This document shows positions 49,162 to 61,699 of a stretch of DNA of 64,000 nt, piece after piece. Origin of the DNA: Selaginella moellendorffii (lineage: Eukaryota; Plantae; Lycopodiophyta); the NCBI RefSeq assembly GCF_000143415.4, contig NW_003314268.1:2558494-2622493 (forward strand), in the 5' to 3' direction. Under the pieces are notes generated by a model. It was not told the DNA's origin and searched no databases. It saw nothing but the letters and a program-made list of their open reading frames with translations. Each line of letters begins with the position of its first letter. Within the stretch, counting starts at the first letter, position 1. The position numbers were made by a program, and so were the translations under genes.

Positions 49162-50154
49162 ATGGCGTCGGCGATTCTCTCGCTCAGCTCGGGCGCCGCC
49201 ACGGCGCTGGAATCCTCCAAGGTACGCCTGCCCTGCGCCATCGCCAGGCGTCCCACATTCTCCCTCAAGTCGCAGCCGCGCATCGGCATTGCAAATCCTC
49301 TCATCGCCAGCGGGAGGAGGAGCAAGCAATCCGCGCTGCTCGTGACCGCCGCATACAAGGGACGGCTCCGCGCGGATCCATCCATGACCGATCCCAACGA
49401 CGACGTGGGGATGAGCACGGAGGAGATCAAAGAGGCCTACGAATCGCTCTACGGGCCGTCCTGGGAACGAAAGAAGGCGTCCGAGAGCACGGCGGAGGAG
49501 GAGGAGGAGCGTGGCGGCGGGAGAAGGCGGCGGGGAGAGGAAGGAGGCCCCGGAGGGATGGGGGGGCGGCGAGGGGGATCCAAGGATGGATTGGAGGAGT
49601 CCGTGGTCCAGGTCCGGCGAGTGACCAAGGTGGTGAAAGGGGGCAAGCAGCTCCAGTTCAGGGTGGTATCGGTGGTGGGTGACAAGAAGGGAAAGGTTGG
49701 AGTTGGAGTTGGAAAGGCCAAGGAGGTGATCGCGGCTGTCCAGAAATCCGTCAAGGATGCCAGGAGGAACATCGTCACCGTGAGGATGACCAAGTACAAG
49801 ACTTTCCCTCACAGGTAACTCTGCTTGTTCTTGCTCAGAGTGTGGTGATACTCCTGTGATCCTTGGGAGTCTCGGTTTCCTTTGCTCTAACTCTCTCGCC
49901 ACAGGGTGGACGGGCACTACCACGCAGCGGACGTGATGCTCCGCCCAGCGTCGCCGGGGACGGGCATCATCGCGGGCGGCGCGGTGCGCGTCGTCCTGGA
50001 GATGGCCGGCATCGAGAACGCGCTAGGCAAGCAGATGGGGAGCGACAACACGCTCAACAACGCCAGGGCCACACTGCACGCCGTGTCGCAGCTCCGCCAC
50101 TTCCATGAGGTGGCGGAGCTCCGTGGGATCCCCATCGAGGTGCTCTGGAAGTGA
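49162..50154 (+). CDS. PRPS5: Plastid 30S ribosomal protein S5
   Basis: Transit peptide and [15 protein letters not shown]. Intron ~49815-49904 is followed by [17 protein letters not shown]. Confidence 0.95.
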
Positions 50155-50345
50155 GAGAAGCTCCACAAGATGTACAAGAGAGAAACAAGGAATCAAACAA
50201 CATACATTTTTGTAACAGTGGTGTCTCAGTTTGAAACTCTGGTAGATCGGCTACGCCAGCTTTGAAGAACTGTGGTCTCTAGGTTTAGAGACTTGTAGAG
50301 GAAGCTTTTTCTTGGGTGGCGGGGCTTTTAGGGTTGAGAGGAGCG

Positions 50346-51587
50346 ATGGGGCATAAGACCAAGGAGAAGCAGAAGAAAAAGGCGGCTCCACCGGCTAGCC
50401 CTGTCTCTCTGACCATCCTCTACTACGAGCTTCGCAAGGACTGGCCGGTGCCCCAGAGGCTTGCCGAGTCGAAGATGGACGATCTATGCAACGACAGTGG
50501 TTTTGTGGCTGACGTGGACGAGTGGCTCAACGCCTTAGGCCTCTCGGAAGAGGTCGGCGTGGAGCGAAACCTTCATCCTCATGGTAGGGGAGGCTGGGCC
50601 GTGCGTAAGTTCATAGAACAGGGCGGCTTTGTTGCGTACTGCCCTAATGCCAACAGCAAAGATCACACTGGACTGCTATACCGGCAGGCGCTGCGTTCCC
50701 AGGAGTATGCGAGTGCCCAGGCAGGCATGTTGCTCGTGGAAGAGGCGGCGCAGGCAGCGCAGGCAGCGCAGGCGGAGGAGAGGAAGAAAGGCAAGATGAA
50801 GGAGGAGGCAGCGGTAGAGGTGGCGGCGCAGGAGATGGAGGAGGCAGCGGTAGAGGTGGCAGGTAGCAATTCCGTGGCAACACTGATCACTGCCTTGAGA
50901 AAGGAGTTCCAGCAGCAGTTCACGCACCTGCAGGACCAGATCACTGCTTTGGAAGAGAAGACCACTGCTTTGGAAGAGAAGATCACTGCTGTGGAAAACA
51001 AAAGCTCGGTGCTGCGGGAGCGGATCACTGCTTTGAAAGAGAAGATCACTGCTTTGGAAGACGAGAACTCGGTGCAGCGGGAGCGGATCACTGCTTTGAA
51101 AGATGAGAACTCGGAGCTGCGGGAGCAGATCACTGCACTGAATAGGGAGATGCCTTCGATGCCGCCGATCTTGCTTGCGCTCAAAGCCATGTACAAGAGG
51201 AAGCTAGTGGAGTCATTCAGAGTGAAAGTAGCAGGCATGTTCCCGGATGCGGTCTGGAACGGGGACGTCCCTGATGTTGGGTGGTGGTGCGGCTTCATCC
51301 AGGACCCCAGCCGCATTGCAGTTCTCTCTTCGGCATCGGGAATCGGTTTTGATGTGCCGACGCTTGCGAGGACGGGCTACGACCACCGATCAATCCGAGG
51401 AGTGGCTCCACATGGGATCACCGAAGAGCCTGAGGTCTATGCCACTTTTGTCTGTCAGTACGGTGGCACTGCGCTGGAGCAGATGAAGAAGATCTATCAG
51501 CTGGTCTTCGAGCGAGACGCTGCCGAGGATGCCGTTGAGGACGTGGAGTGCTGCCACTGTCCAGTCCATTGTCCGCCGGTGGAGTAA
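50346..51587 (+). CDS. Orphan intronless coiled-coil protein
   Basis: Long GC-rich ORF with about ten ITALxxK/E heptads (50940-51150). No family recognised. Confidence 0.6.
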   Translation: MGHKTKEKQKKKAAPPASPVSLTILYYELRKDWPVPQRLAESKMDDLCNDSGFVADVDEWLNALGLSEEVGVERNLHPHGRGGWAVRKFIEQGGFVAYCPNANSKDHTGLLYRQALRSQEYASAQAGMLLVEEAAQAAQAAQAEERKKGKMKEEAAVEVAAQEMEEAAVEVAGSNSVATLITALRKEFQQQFTHLQDQITALEEKTTALEEKITAVENKSSVLRERITALKEKITALEDENSVQRERITALKDENSELREQITALNREMPSMPPILLALKAMYKRKLVESFRVKVAGMFPDAVWNGDVPDVGWWCGFIQDPSRIAVLSSASGIGFDVPTLARTGYDHRSIRGVAPHGITEEPEVYATFVCQYGGTALEQMKKIYQLVFERDAAEDAVEDVECCHCPVHCPPVE

Positions 51588-51859
51588 GTATTAATCTTCC
51601 TTTCCAAAAGTTTTATTGATTTTTCTCTTATGCAGGGCGTGAAAACGGGGACTCCTTCCAGAGGACAAGCCACACGCAGCGTCTCAAATCCTATCTTCCA
51701 TAACTTCCAGCTTTGAGCTTGTTTGCCGTCCTTTTTCGTTTTTATTGATTCTTAAAATACTAATCTGAAGCCAAGCAAAAGATAAAAACGCGGTTAGAGA
51801 ATATCTATGATCTGATAGAAGAAGTAAAACAGTACTGTCTGGGCAAGTGTGAATTTTTC

Positions 51860-52200
51860 TTTACATACCAAGGGAGTATTGCGAGCCTGTTCACCCAACC
51901 CGGAATTGAAAATCCTGTGCACGCGTCGTTCGTGAAGTGATTGCAGTTCTTCACGATCGGGTACGAGTCGCCATTGTAATCGTTTGCGGGACGTTCTATT
52001 CTGGCACCAAGACCAAGGCACACTGACTTTTGAAAAGTAAAACCCAGGCATGTCCTCGGCTAAACACCGCTAGACGGATAGTCTTGGTGTTGAGTTTGGC
52101 CGGAAGTTTTCCATGCCGGGGACTTCTCGCTCGTCGCCCGTCACCCCGCAAACAAGGCTCAGAAGCTGCTTGTATGCCCGTGGAGATTTCATGGCCATGT
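51860..52200 (-). pseudogene. PPPDE/DeSI isopeptidase remnant
   Basis: GFTFQKSVCLG and YNGDSYPIVKNCNHFT..IPGWVNRLA motifs, with deletions and a stop. Confidence 0.75.
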
Positions 52201-52409
52201 CGTGTCCACACAAGGTGCAAAGAACACTCTAGAGACCTCCTTTGCTTATCTGGAACGCGGTTACGCCACGCATCAATCACTGTGACGTACACAGCGCGGT
52301 ACGTGCCGCGGGCCGGTTGTAGCACGCTCTTGCTCTTCTGGAATGGAAACGAACAGATAAAGCAAAAACAATCAAGTATACTATAAACAATCCCGAGAAA
52401 AAATCACAA

Positions 52410-53387
52410 TCAAGCCATGGCGAGCAGTGAGAGCGCCACGATCGCTGCTCCAGATCCAAGCGAGAGCGGGAAACTTATCGTTCTATAACCAGCGGAACTT
52501 TCTTGCCCAGCAACTCCACCCGACGGCGATGGAGATGGAGCGAATGCCTCGTCCTGCGGCTTGATCTCCAGCGCCATCTTGAGCCCCGACTGGCAATCGT
52601 TCCCATTGCCGCTCGTGTAGTAATGCATTCCCTGAGGCGGTACCACCTTGAACAAAGTTCTTCCATCATCTTGCCGCGTGGGGAGTCCGAGCACCGGCAA
52701 GAAGTAGGACTCGTTGCAAAGCTGGTAGCCGGGCTCCCACACTTCCACCACTGAGTGCTCCGAGGCATTGAACAAAAACCCTGGAAAAATCCCAAGATCA
52801 TTCCCAGAAATGGAGAGAAAAAATCTAGAGAACTTACTGAAAGAGTCTCCGAAGTAGAAGTTTTTGTTGGCAGTCCACTGCGAGTAATTCACACCCGGAG
52901 CCCATCCTTGATCATCTCCAACCGTGTACTCTCTCGGAGTGTAAACCGGCGGAGATTGGACGCTCAACATAAACTTCTTCCCGGTCTTGCAATTGTCCTG
53001 GACCGATGAAACGTAATAGTTTTCTCCCACCCATGGCACCACCGTCTCGTTCCACGTCGTCTTCCAAGGAGCCGGGAAAATCTTGGGGAAGCGCAAATCC
53101 CACTCGCAGTTATTATAGACAGATTGTGACACCCTGAGGATGGTATCACTCGTGGAAACTGTGAAAACTGCGAGAGATTTTTGTTGTTTAAGTCAAGAAC
53201 ACACCGAAGATAGGTGTAGAAATTTTTACTTACTCAGTAAATCACCGGCGTGGAAGACTCTGCCTTGAGACCACTGCGTGAAATTCACGCCATTTGTCCA
53301 ATCGCCCACGTAGTAATCCGTTCCTCTGGCAGCAGCACCAAGAATGGCGAACGCGACGAAGCAGCAAGCTATCGCGAGAACCTTCAT
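52410..53387 (-). CDS. Two-domain phytocyanin / early-nodulin-like, probably GPI-anchored
   Basis: Signal peptide, two YxVGD..W...NY/FxxW domains, two introns, APSPSP linker and hydrophobic tail. Copper ligands are mostly absent. Confidence 0.88.
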
Positions 53388-53849
53388 CACTCTCCCCTGA
53401 CCAAGGATTGAACAAAGAGAAGTGGGATGAGTGTTCTTGCGGCTCCAGAAGAACTCGTCTCTTTATGTGACGTGGTCCTCGAATTTCAATAGCTTGTCTC
53501 TAGAAGATGACGACTGACTTGTTGTCACGGAAATTGCCACGAATAGAAGCTGTGCTTTTCTGGAACGCACAAGAAAATCTAAGAGTAAATGACTATTAGA
53601 AACTTCATACGCGGATTCACCAAACAGTCCATGGAAGACTAGCATTAATTATTTAAATATCTTAAAATGTAAAAAGTCTGATTTCATTGTTTAAGCAAAC
53701 CTTGAACATATTCCGATGATAAGCTAAGTAGGAATTCAAGTACACAAGCACAATATCACCAAATTCATGTTTAAGGTCATAAGGTGCTTGGAGGATTTCA
53801 ATATGTCTCTTCGATTAACAAAGCAACATTTTTCAAAGAGTCTCTTAGT

Positions 53850-54920
53850 CTTTAGAAGGCTTTTTCTGTGTTTGGCTTGAAGAATGTCATCATCCCATTT
53901 TATAAATACCTACCTGTAGATAGATTACAAGCCAAGTTTCTCCTAATTTCTCATCTAACGTCAGAGCTGCTCCATGCACTGGTTAAGATTGTAGCAGCCA
54001 TACACCAATTCTACCTCCACATACAAGTGGAACTCAATGCTACAGTTTCAATTATTAACGATCCTGGGTTCAAGCAAGGTTGTCCGCACCCCTCGAGACA
54101 ATTTTGAACAACAATCCCTCTCCACAATTCAAAATTCAAATAGCAGGACTCTACCTACATCTTCTCCTCTATACCGATGCTTGTTCGCACACAATTGCAG
54201 TGCCAACACACCACACTTCAGGACTTCTGCAACAAACAGGGATTACAGTCAACATCGCTAAAACACAGCTTGAACTGCCACACCAGTACAGAGGGGAAGA
54301 GATCATCCAAGTCACCAGCTACAAAGTACCTTGGTCTACAACTCCACTGCAAGCGCACATCAGTGAAACAGTGCGAGGCAGCTGCTCAAATAGTTTACTA
54401 CTCACTGTTTAGCACTATGTGCATGTTGTCTATTTCAGATGGGATGCAAGGAAAACATTTTACTATGAGAGTCACCACATCTCTCCTTTATGGCATCACA
54501 GCTACTCAACGAAAGTTTTTTTCATCACAACTTCAAAACTGGATGCATAATGCCATATGAAATTCTCTGTATGACAGAAGTACAAGCATGGAAAGAAAGA
54601 ATGCAATTTATCCTTACTACCCGGAAAGGAATAACGTGGCAGTGATTATCGACTCTATCCACCTTAATCATGAATTCCAGAAAGGATGGTAGCATAGCTA
54701 TGTTGCTTGGACTGCTCGACCTTAAAAGTCCTATGGTTGTTACTTCTTGGGTTGGACTCACATTTAAGGAATGACTTGCAAGACCATACTTCACATACAT
54801 CAATCCTCAACAACAGCTTGGACTTGCACTCTATCATGCAGCCACTCCAATTGCACACTAGATCTTCCTTTGATTTAGAATTGGAGCACATTCTCGACTA
54901 TGCCTCTACTCCCCAGCTCT
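53850..54920 (+). mobile_element. Non-LTR retrotransposon (LINE) reverse transcriptase remnant
   Basis: GFKQGCP, LLLYTD (YADD), TVNIAKT and KYLG motifs in order across frameshifts. Confidence 0.8.
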
Positions 54921-55084
54921 AGACTTCCACTTTCAAGATCTTTCCACCTTTCTAGGGAACTCGAAAATGGCCACTGCTGCTGCAACGCTCTTGAACACAC
55001 TAGAAGACTGTAAAACAACATGATTGAAATATTCAATCCCGTGTTTCTTAGAGAAAGAAGTGAGTAGTAAATATTAGTGTGGTC

Positions 55085-55111
55085 AGCAGTGACTTTAAAA
55101 CTGTCTATCTA
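55085..55111. repeat. (CTAT)n microsatellite
   Basis: Direct. Confidence 0.9.
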
Positions 55112-55349
55112 TCTATCTATCTATCTATCTAATTTCCTCTAAAATGAAGAAATAGAATTTATGTAGATTTAATCCAAACAATAATAATATATTAAGAATA
55201 TTCTCACACAAACTAAATCACATTAATCTTGAACTTGAACCTTTTAGTTTAACGCCTTTAACTTAAGGTACATAGGGAAGTGGAGATTAAAGTTAAACTT
55301 CTTCAAATAATTTAGTAAATAAAGTTCTATTTTATTAATTAAGGGTTAA

Positions 55350-56070
55350 CTTTTGACCTCGATCGAAGAGAATGCAAGCTTCTTCGAGCTGGTTTCTCTC
55401 GGCCAGTGTTGTGATATTGTTGACCACGATGCAACGTTCTTTTGTGGCACATTTTACTGAAAAACTCCTTGGCTTTGTCATTATGCTCAAGCTGGGCATA
55501 TGCAGGGACAAGAACAGTTCATCCCAGCTCGTTGGTTTCGGGGATTCCCATAAACAAACTTAGCGCGTCTTTAACAAGACCTTTTCTTGCATACCCAGTA
55601 ACCATAACAGCCCAAGAAACTATGTTGTGTTCTAGCATTCCATCAAAGACCGTTGATCCATATGCCCGTTATGGGCATATACTGTAAGTAGAGAGTTCCA
55701 GAAAACTACATCCCATTCTGGAACCTGATCAAACAATGCTCGGCATTCCTCAAAGTTTCCACGGTTTTCACAGGCCTTCATAAAAATCATCCATGCAGAA
55801 ACATCCCTTTGTGGCATCTGATCAAACGGCTCTTTGCTTCCTCAAGATACCCACTTTGGGCATAAGCGCCAAGCAGCAAGTTCCAAGAGAATCTATTGGA
55901 CTCGTGGATGCTGATAAACACCTGCCAATGCTCGATCCGCGCGCTCATAGAGTTGGATGAGAAGATTTGCGAGGTACCTGCTTCCCAAGGATGAGCGCGT
56001 GGCGCCTTGACGCAATTCGATGCAAGCTGTGAGAAGTTGCGCGTAGTATGCGCGCTGCTCTAGATCGGCC
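55350..56070 (-). pseudogene. PPR pseudogene
   Basis: MPQRDVSAW..FDQVPEWDVVFWNSLLTVYAHNGH with frameshifts. Confidence 0.8.
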
Positions 56071-56289
56071 ACCCGTGGTGAGGCGGGGGGACTACTGTCC
56101 GACCAGCAGGACCGGGCAGCACTGACTGCCGCGTTCTAGAGGCTTGAATCAGTACGTCTGCGTGGTAGTACCGGTGTTTTCCTGGATAGAGCTTTGATTT
56201 TTCAATGCCACTTTTTCTTCATCTCTCTCCTATTTAAAGGCGCTTTCAAAGAACAAGCCAAACTTTGCAAAACAATCCCTGAGAGGAAA

Positions 56290-56520
56290 CTATCGATCAC
56301 AGAGCCGCCATACCAGCGCCGTCCTCGAGGGCATCGGTGGCAGGGAGCGCCTTTGCAACATGGCGAGAACCGAAAACAACACCAAGCAAGCCTATGAAAC
56401 AAAGAGTTCAACTTTGTTCTAGTATATTCGAGTTGATCTGTGAGGCCGCTTGTATTTTTATAGCTCGAGGCAGCATACAATGCTTGAGTGGCCCCTCTTG
56501 GGACGGCATCTCTTTGTCCT
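56290..56520 (-). pseudogene. Degenerate paralogue of the WxW peptide gene, with promoter
   Basis: Signal-coding and TATA-region DNA match 57720-57890. CHRCPRGRRWYGGS. Confidence 0.7.
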
Positions 56521-57099
56521 TTAAAAGTTAGTCGAGGAAGTCGTTCCGTGTTTGTCAATTCCTTTTCTCTTCTGTAATGCTGGGACATAGAACAACACAG
56601 GAAGTGAAGCTGTGAATCCAGATGAGTAAAGACAACATTTCTAGTTTTTTCACAGTTTATATAATATATGAACTCATGCATCACCACGCGCTAGATTTCA
56701 CTGCCACTGGGAAGAACAAAAATCCAAATAAATAGTTGGATCTTAACGATCTTTAGAACAGAAATGTGTGTTTCATTTCATTCTCGATCGAGAGAGGTTA
56801 TACGTGGTTGGGGTATGTAATTGCTAAACTTTGTCTTGGACAAATTTGTCTCCACTACTGCGTCATATTTCCATCTTGTTGCTTTTCCAATTTCATTGAC
56901 AAAAATATATTTAATATTATATATAATATAAATTTGAGTCTAGATTATATGAAAAAAGTTCCTATATATTAAAAGTCGATACGTTACACAACTTTGCAGA
57001 AAACGCACCATGTTTATCATTGACAGTCTCAGGGCACCAAACACGTGAATAGACTCCAAAACATCTTCGTTCACCTTTTCATGATTCGAGATTCGTTCC

Positions 57100-57260
57100 C
57101 GTGGTTCTTCGAGGCAATTCTTCAGTGGAGGCCGCCACCCTCGATGGCAGCTGTTGTCATACCCGTACCAATTGCATTGCGCGCAGCGAAATCCATCCCT
57201 CTGAAGCAGCGATGCGCCATCGCCTTGGTGATCCTCCCGACCTCCACTCCCACCGCTAGG
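57100..57260 (-). pseudogene. Second degenerate paralogue of the WxW peptide gene
   Basis: LAVGVEVGRITKAMAHRC, then after a frameshift WYGYDNSCHR. Confidence 0.7.
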
Positions 57261-57569
57261 TGTGCCTGGGCCTGGTTTTGATGCTCCAATCGAGTCTTAT
57301 TGCTTGCCGATCATTGGAGCAATCGACTGGAAGTCGAGGGACTTGGAGGAAGGAGCAAGGGCAGATTCAGACATTTTATATCAAGGCTTGGACAATTTAT
57401 ATTTTATTGCTGGAACTCATGCAATGCCATGCAGCATCGCACGATACAGAAAACACGTCATCAGTGTCTTTATTCTTGTTTCCAGACCCTTGGCACTGCA
57501 GAGCGATGAAATCAAAGGCAATTACGATGCTGATTCTTAACTTGGCCTTACCCCGTGAAACTGGAGGTT

Positions 57570-57767
57570 TCAGTTGCGCCAGCAGCGATTGTTGCGCCAG
57601 CTCCAACCCCTCTGGCAACGGTGGCAACTGTTGTCATACCAATACCACCCCGACTGGCAGCGCTGGGCAGCAGCCTTTGCGATTCCTCCCACGTCCACGC
57701 CCATGGCCAGCATCATCACAAATATGGCGAGTGCCAAAAACAACACGAAGAAAGCCTTGTTCTCCAT
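57570..57767 (-). CDS. Small secreted Cys/Trp/Arg-rich peptide
   Basis: Signal peptide and two 14-aa repeats RCQxGWxWxxNxC. TATAAATA on the minus strand at ~57827-57834. Confidence 0.8.
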   Translation of the reverse strand: MENKAFFVLFLALAIFVMMLAMGVDVGGIAKAAAQRCQSGWYWYDNSCHRCQRGWSWRNNRCWRN

Positions 57768-58296
57768 GCTTTGCTGCTTGTTCTATTAGAGAGAAGTGGT
57801 TTGATCTGTGAGGCAGGAGGGGCTCATATTTATAGCTCGAGCCAGCACACAAAGCGAGAGAGTTGTCGTGGGACGGCATTGCTTAGTCCTTATCTAATTT
57901 GGTTCCGTGTTTGAGAATTTCTTCTCGTTTCTATAATATCTCTCCAACCCTTCAAATGAGGATCACAAATCGCCATGCTAGTTGAATATGGGACGGTTGA
58001 GATCATGTTAGATCGACGGCTTCGATTAATTAATACGACAGCCAAGATTTTACACACTGTACGGCTCAAATTGGTCCAGAAAGTTTTAAATGCACGGTCT
58101 AGATTGTACAAGAATGACTACTATTCTTCTATTTGTACGAAAATACCATTCGTTTACCGTACACATTAAGTACTTAGCTTTCAGACACTTTAATGCCCTA
58201 AGAAAGGGGAAGTAAGCAAGCGCGAGTGTTCTCTGGTAAGCAAGCGAGTTTGAGCTGAAATACTGCGACTTTCTCTGGTAAGCTTGATCTCTGACT

Positions 58297-59885
58297 ATGG
58301 CTCGCAAAATCTCCACGCCACCGCCCCCGCCGCCTCATCGGGAGCACGCGAGGAGGACGCCGCCGCCCAAACCATCGCCAAAGAGGACACCGACAACTTC
58401 ATCTCCGCCACCAAAGAGGTCTCCACCGGCGCCAGCCAAGAGGCACACAGAGGGACATCACTCACCAGCAAAGCCACCACCGAGTTCTCCTGAGCATCAT
58501 GGAGCTGGACATCCACCACCGAGCTCTCCTGAGCATCATGGAGCTGGACATCCACCGCCGAGCTCTCCGCCCACCAAGGAACATCCAGCAGCAGAGCCAA
58601 ACAGGCACCATGGACATCGACGAGCTGGTGATGGAGCTGCTACAGGGCCGCCACCTTCTTCTTCGCCGCCCAACAAGGCCGACACTGTAACCTGGCGACC
58701 AAGGAGGGCCGGGCCGTCATCGCCACCACCTTCGAGCATAATGTGGAACCCAAGGTCGCCATCGCCACCACCTTCGAGCATAACGTGGAACCCAAGGCCG
58801 CCATCGCCACCACCTTCGACCATAACGTGGCAACCAAGGCCCCTTGGCTTGGACACCTCTCCGCCTACGGCGTCGTCAGCACCATCTTCAGCAGCAGCAG
58901 CAGCTGCAGCTGCATTCGTGGCATCACCTGGTGTGCTCGCGGCAGGCATCGTTATGCTCCTGCTCGCACTGGTAGCTATCGTCACTGGAGTCTGGATACT
59001 CTTGAAGAGGAGAAGGAACAAGGTGCACAGCGACATCCACCACGACAACATCCTGGTGGAGGATGGCCATGAGCCTAGCGGTGGCAACAGCGGCAGCAGC
59101 AGCGGGAGCATCTCATTACCAAAGTGGAGCCTCGACCATCATCGCAGTTGAATGCCGGCAGGAAGAAAGCGGCTGCTGACCCCCTAATTCGCGAGCTCCT
59201 GAGGCCACCAAGGCGGCTGCCACCGTCTGCTCTTCCCGCTGGTGCTCGCCACAAGTCTGCATCCGGAAACGATCCACTCTTTCGTGCTGCTGATCCAGTG
59301 CATGGCCAGCAGGGAAGCCGGGGAAACGTCATTATGGAGGATCCTCTCGTCGTCTTTCCTGCGTATGAAGTTGACGAGCAGCCAAGGCTGTTCTCAGCCA
59401 CTCCGGAGGATGATCCACTCTTCTCGACTGGTGGCTACTCTCATCATCCAGCAGGCGAGAAAATGGCTGCAAACGAGCTCCCAGTGTGCATATCATCCCG
59501 ATGCGACCGGGTTCCAGAGCAGTTTCATGGCCGGGAACAAGGACGAAAGGTGGCGGATCGTTCTGGCACCGTGTTCGATCCTGGAGATGTCGCAGCACTG
59601 GCAAAGAAGCGGGCTGAGATGGAGAAACAGATGCAGAAGTTCATCATGATGGAGCCCCGCATCCGGCCTTTTTTCCACAGGTTAGTAGTTTCTGCACTTG
59701 AGCTGACTGATGAAGCTGAATCGATCAGGAAGCGCGATGTGGAGAACAGCCCCGAGAACCTCGTCCGGAAGTTGACAGCCAATGATCCCAAGCGGGTCAA
59801 GAGTGATTTGGAGGTGGAGCCATCTGCTCCGGGGCACGCTTCTCTGACGGGTGAAAACGCCGATCAGGTACGAGCCTTTCTGTGA
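58297..59885 (+). CDS. Pro-rich ectodomain + TM + unknown cytoplasmic region (one apparent frameshift)
   Basis: SPPPSS repeats and a TM helix followed by KRRRNK. ORF2 (59124-59885) continues in another frame from ~59080. The 3' end may splice further. Confidence 0.55.
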
Positions 59886-60284
59886 ATTCTTCCACCTCTG
59901 AGAGAGACAGGGAACTTGACGAGGTACGTTTCTTCGAAGTCAATTTGTATAGATGCTACTCTTTGATTGCAGGCACTGCAAGAGACAAAACATAAGAACA
60001 AGTAAAAAACAAATCGAATGAAGAGCGAAAGCTCGTCATTTATCTGGCCTTCTCTTCAGTCCCTTCTATGGGCTTGAGTAAGTCACAGGAAGGTCTTCCT
60101 CGCCTTTCATCGGGGTACAAAAGTTTAGGAGGAGCCATCAATCATCGATATACAATAGCCAGGATGATCACAAATTTATTTTGTTAATTTTTATTCTGTT
60201 TTTATGAAATCTAAACTATCGATGCTTGAGTCGGTGATAATATTATTGCACTAATAGATATTAGACAACACCAGAATTCGTACG

Positions 60285-60835
60285 GTGGTTTTCCTCATGC
60301 AACTGAAATCAAATTTCACGGTGGTTTTGGTCGCAGGCCCCCAGAATGGCCATTTTGAAACGGTGTTTGTCATCGACAATGTTCTCCCTCGCGTGACTCC
60401 CAGATTGTGGGAAGAGCCAAAGGATGTACATCAACGACGATTCCACCAACACCAACATCACAACCGGTTTGTTCTTGACATTCGTGGCTGTGTTCAAGGA
60501 TGGGACGATGAGCATGCGCAGACAACAGCATCTTTTTTGAGCTCTCTATGACATAGTCCTAGGTGGCAATAGTGCCACCTCACTGTCTCTTGTATTGTAC
60601 CTATCCTTGAGTTATCCTTGCCTGTTGTAGCTTTTGCATATCTCTTCAATCTTTGATGAAGATTGCGATAATTGCAGGCACCGGAGCTTACAGATTTGCG
60701 TCGGGGTATTTGCAGATCAGGAGCTACATGCTCATTCCACTGTTTTCGGCAATCTTGCGCTATTTAGTGTTAACTGATCATGTCAAAATTGAACGAGCCA
60801 AAAATGTATCTATATCTCCGAAGTCCCTCTTGTAG
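60285..60835 (+). pseudogene. Dirigent pseudogene
   Basis: VFVIDNVL, QIVGRAKG and AIIAGTGAYRFASGY motifs, with frameshifts. Confidence 0.75.
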
Positions 60836-61699
60836 CTCAAACTCAAAGTTTGATAGAACCAAGTCAGTAGTCGAAATGGAAGACAAGAACTCTAGAGCAT
60901 ATATATTAAGAGTACATACACTGGAAGAATAGTGGTAAATGCTCTCTTCTCACTGGGAGGCTGTTGACAATATCTTGGGCAATCCAGCACCCAAACAGAT
61001 TGATCATGCAGCAGTTAGTGATCAGTGACAGGACCAGAAAGTGGTCTATGCTTCAGCCATCCAGCATGGGAGGTATTATCCGTTTAAAATGAATTAATTA
61101 ACAATTATTTTCTGATATTAAATCTTGTTAAAGTAATAAATATTTGCAGCCTATCCTCCTCTCCATCACCATTATTTCGAGCTTTTGGGTTACATTCTTC
61201 CTTCAAAAGGCATTATCATATAACTTTCTAAAGTTTCCTTAATCTTAGATTTGCAGGAAGTAATCTCTATTTGTGGTATTTAATATTTTCTTTAGCTTTA
61301 CCAATTTTTACTGTCGTTTCATTCCCATTTGCTGCCTAAAATTTTTCCCAAAACCTTTAAAAGTTTATTGTAGTAGTACTGTTAAAGTTCATACTTTTAT
61401 TTTTAGAGAATAATATACCATTTAAGTAGTGTCTTGTAAGATTTTGTTTAGTACTAAGTTTTATGAAAAATACAGAAAACCTGTTAGTGGATATACTTAG
61501 AATATCTATTCTGTGATTTTTAGTTTGAATACAAACCATATTTATAATCTAGTAGAAATTTAAATTTAGATAAGGTTGAATGCCCAATACCTTGCAGGAA
61601 TTATGATAATTGGCTGGATCTAGTCTTCCATCACACGATAGTAATTCTCATCACATTTGCCAACTTTTCTCTGTGGTTTTTAAGGTCCAGATTTCCATA

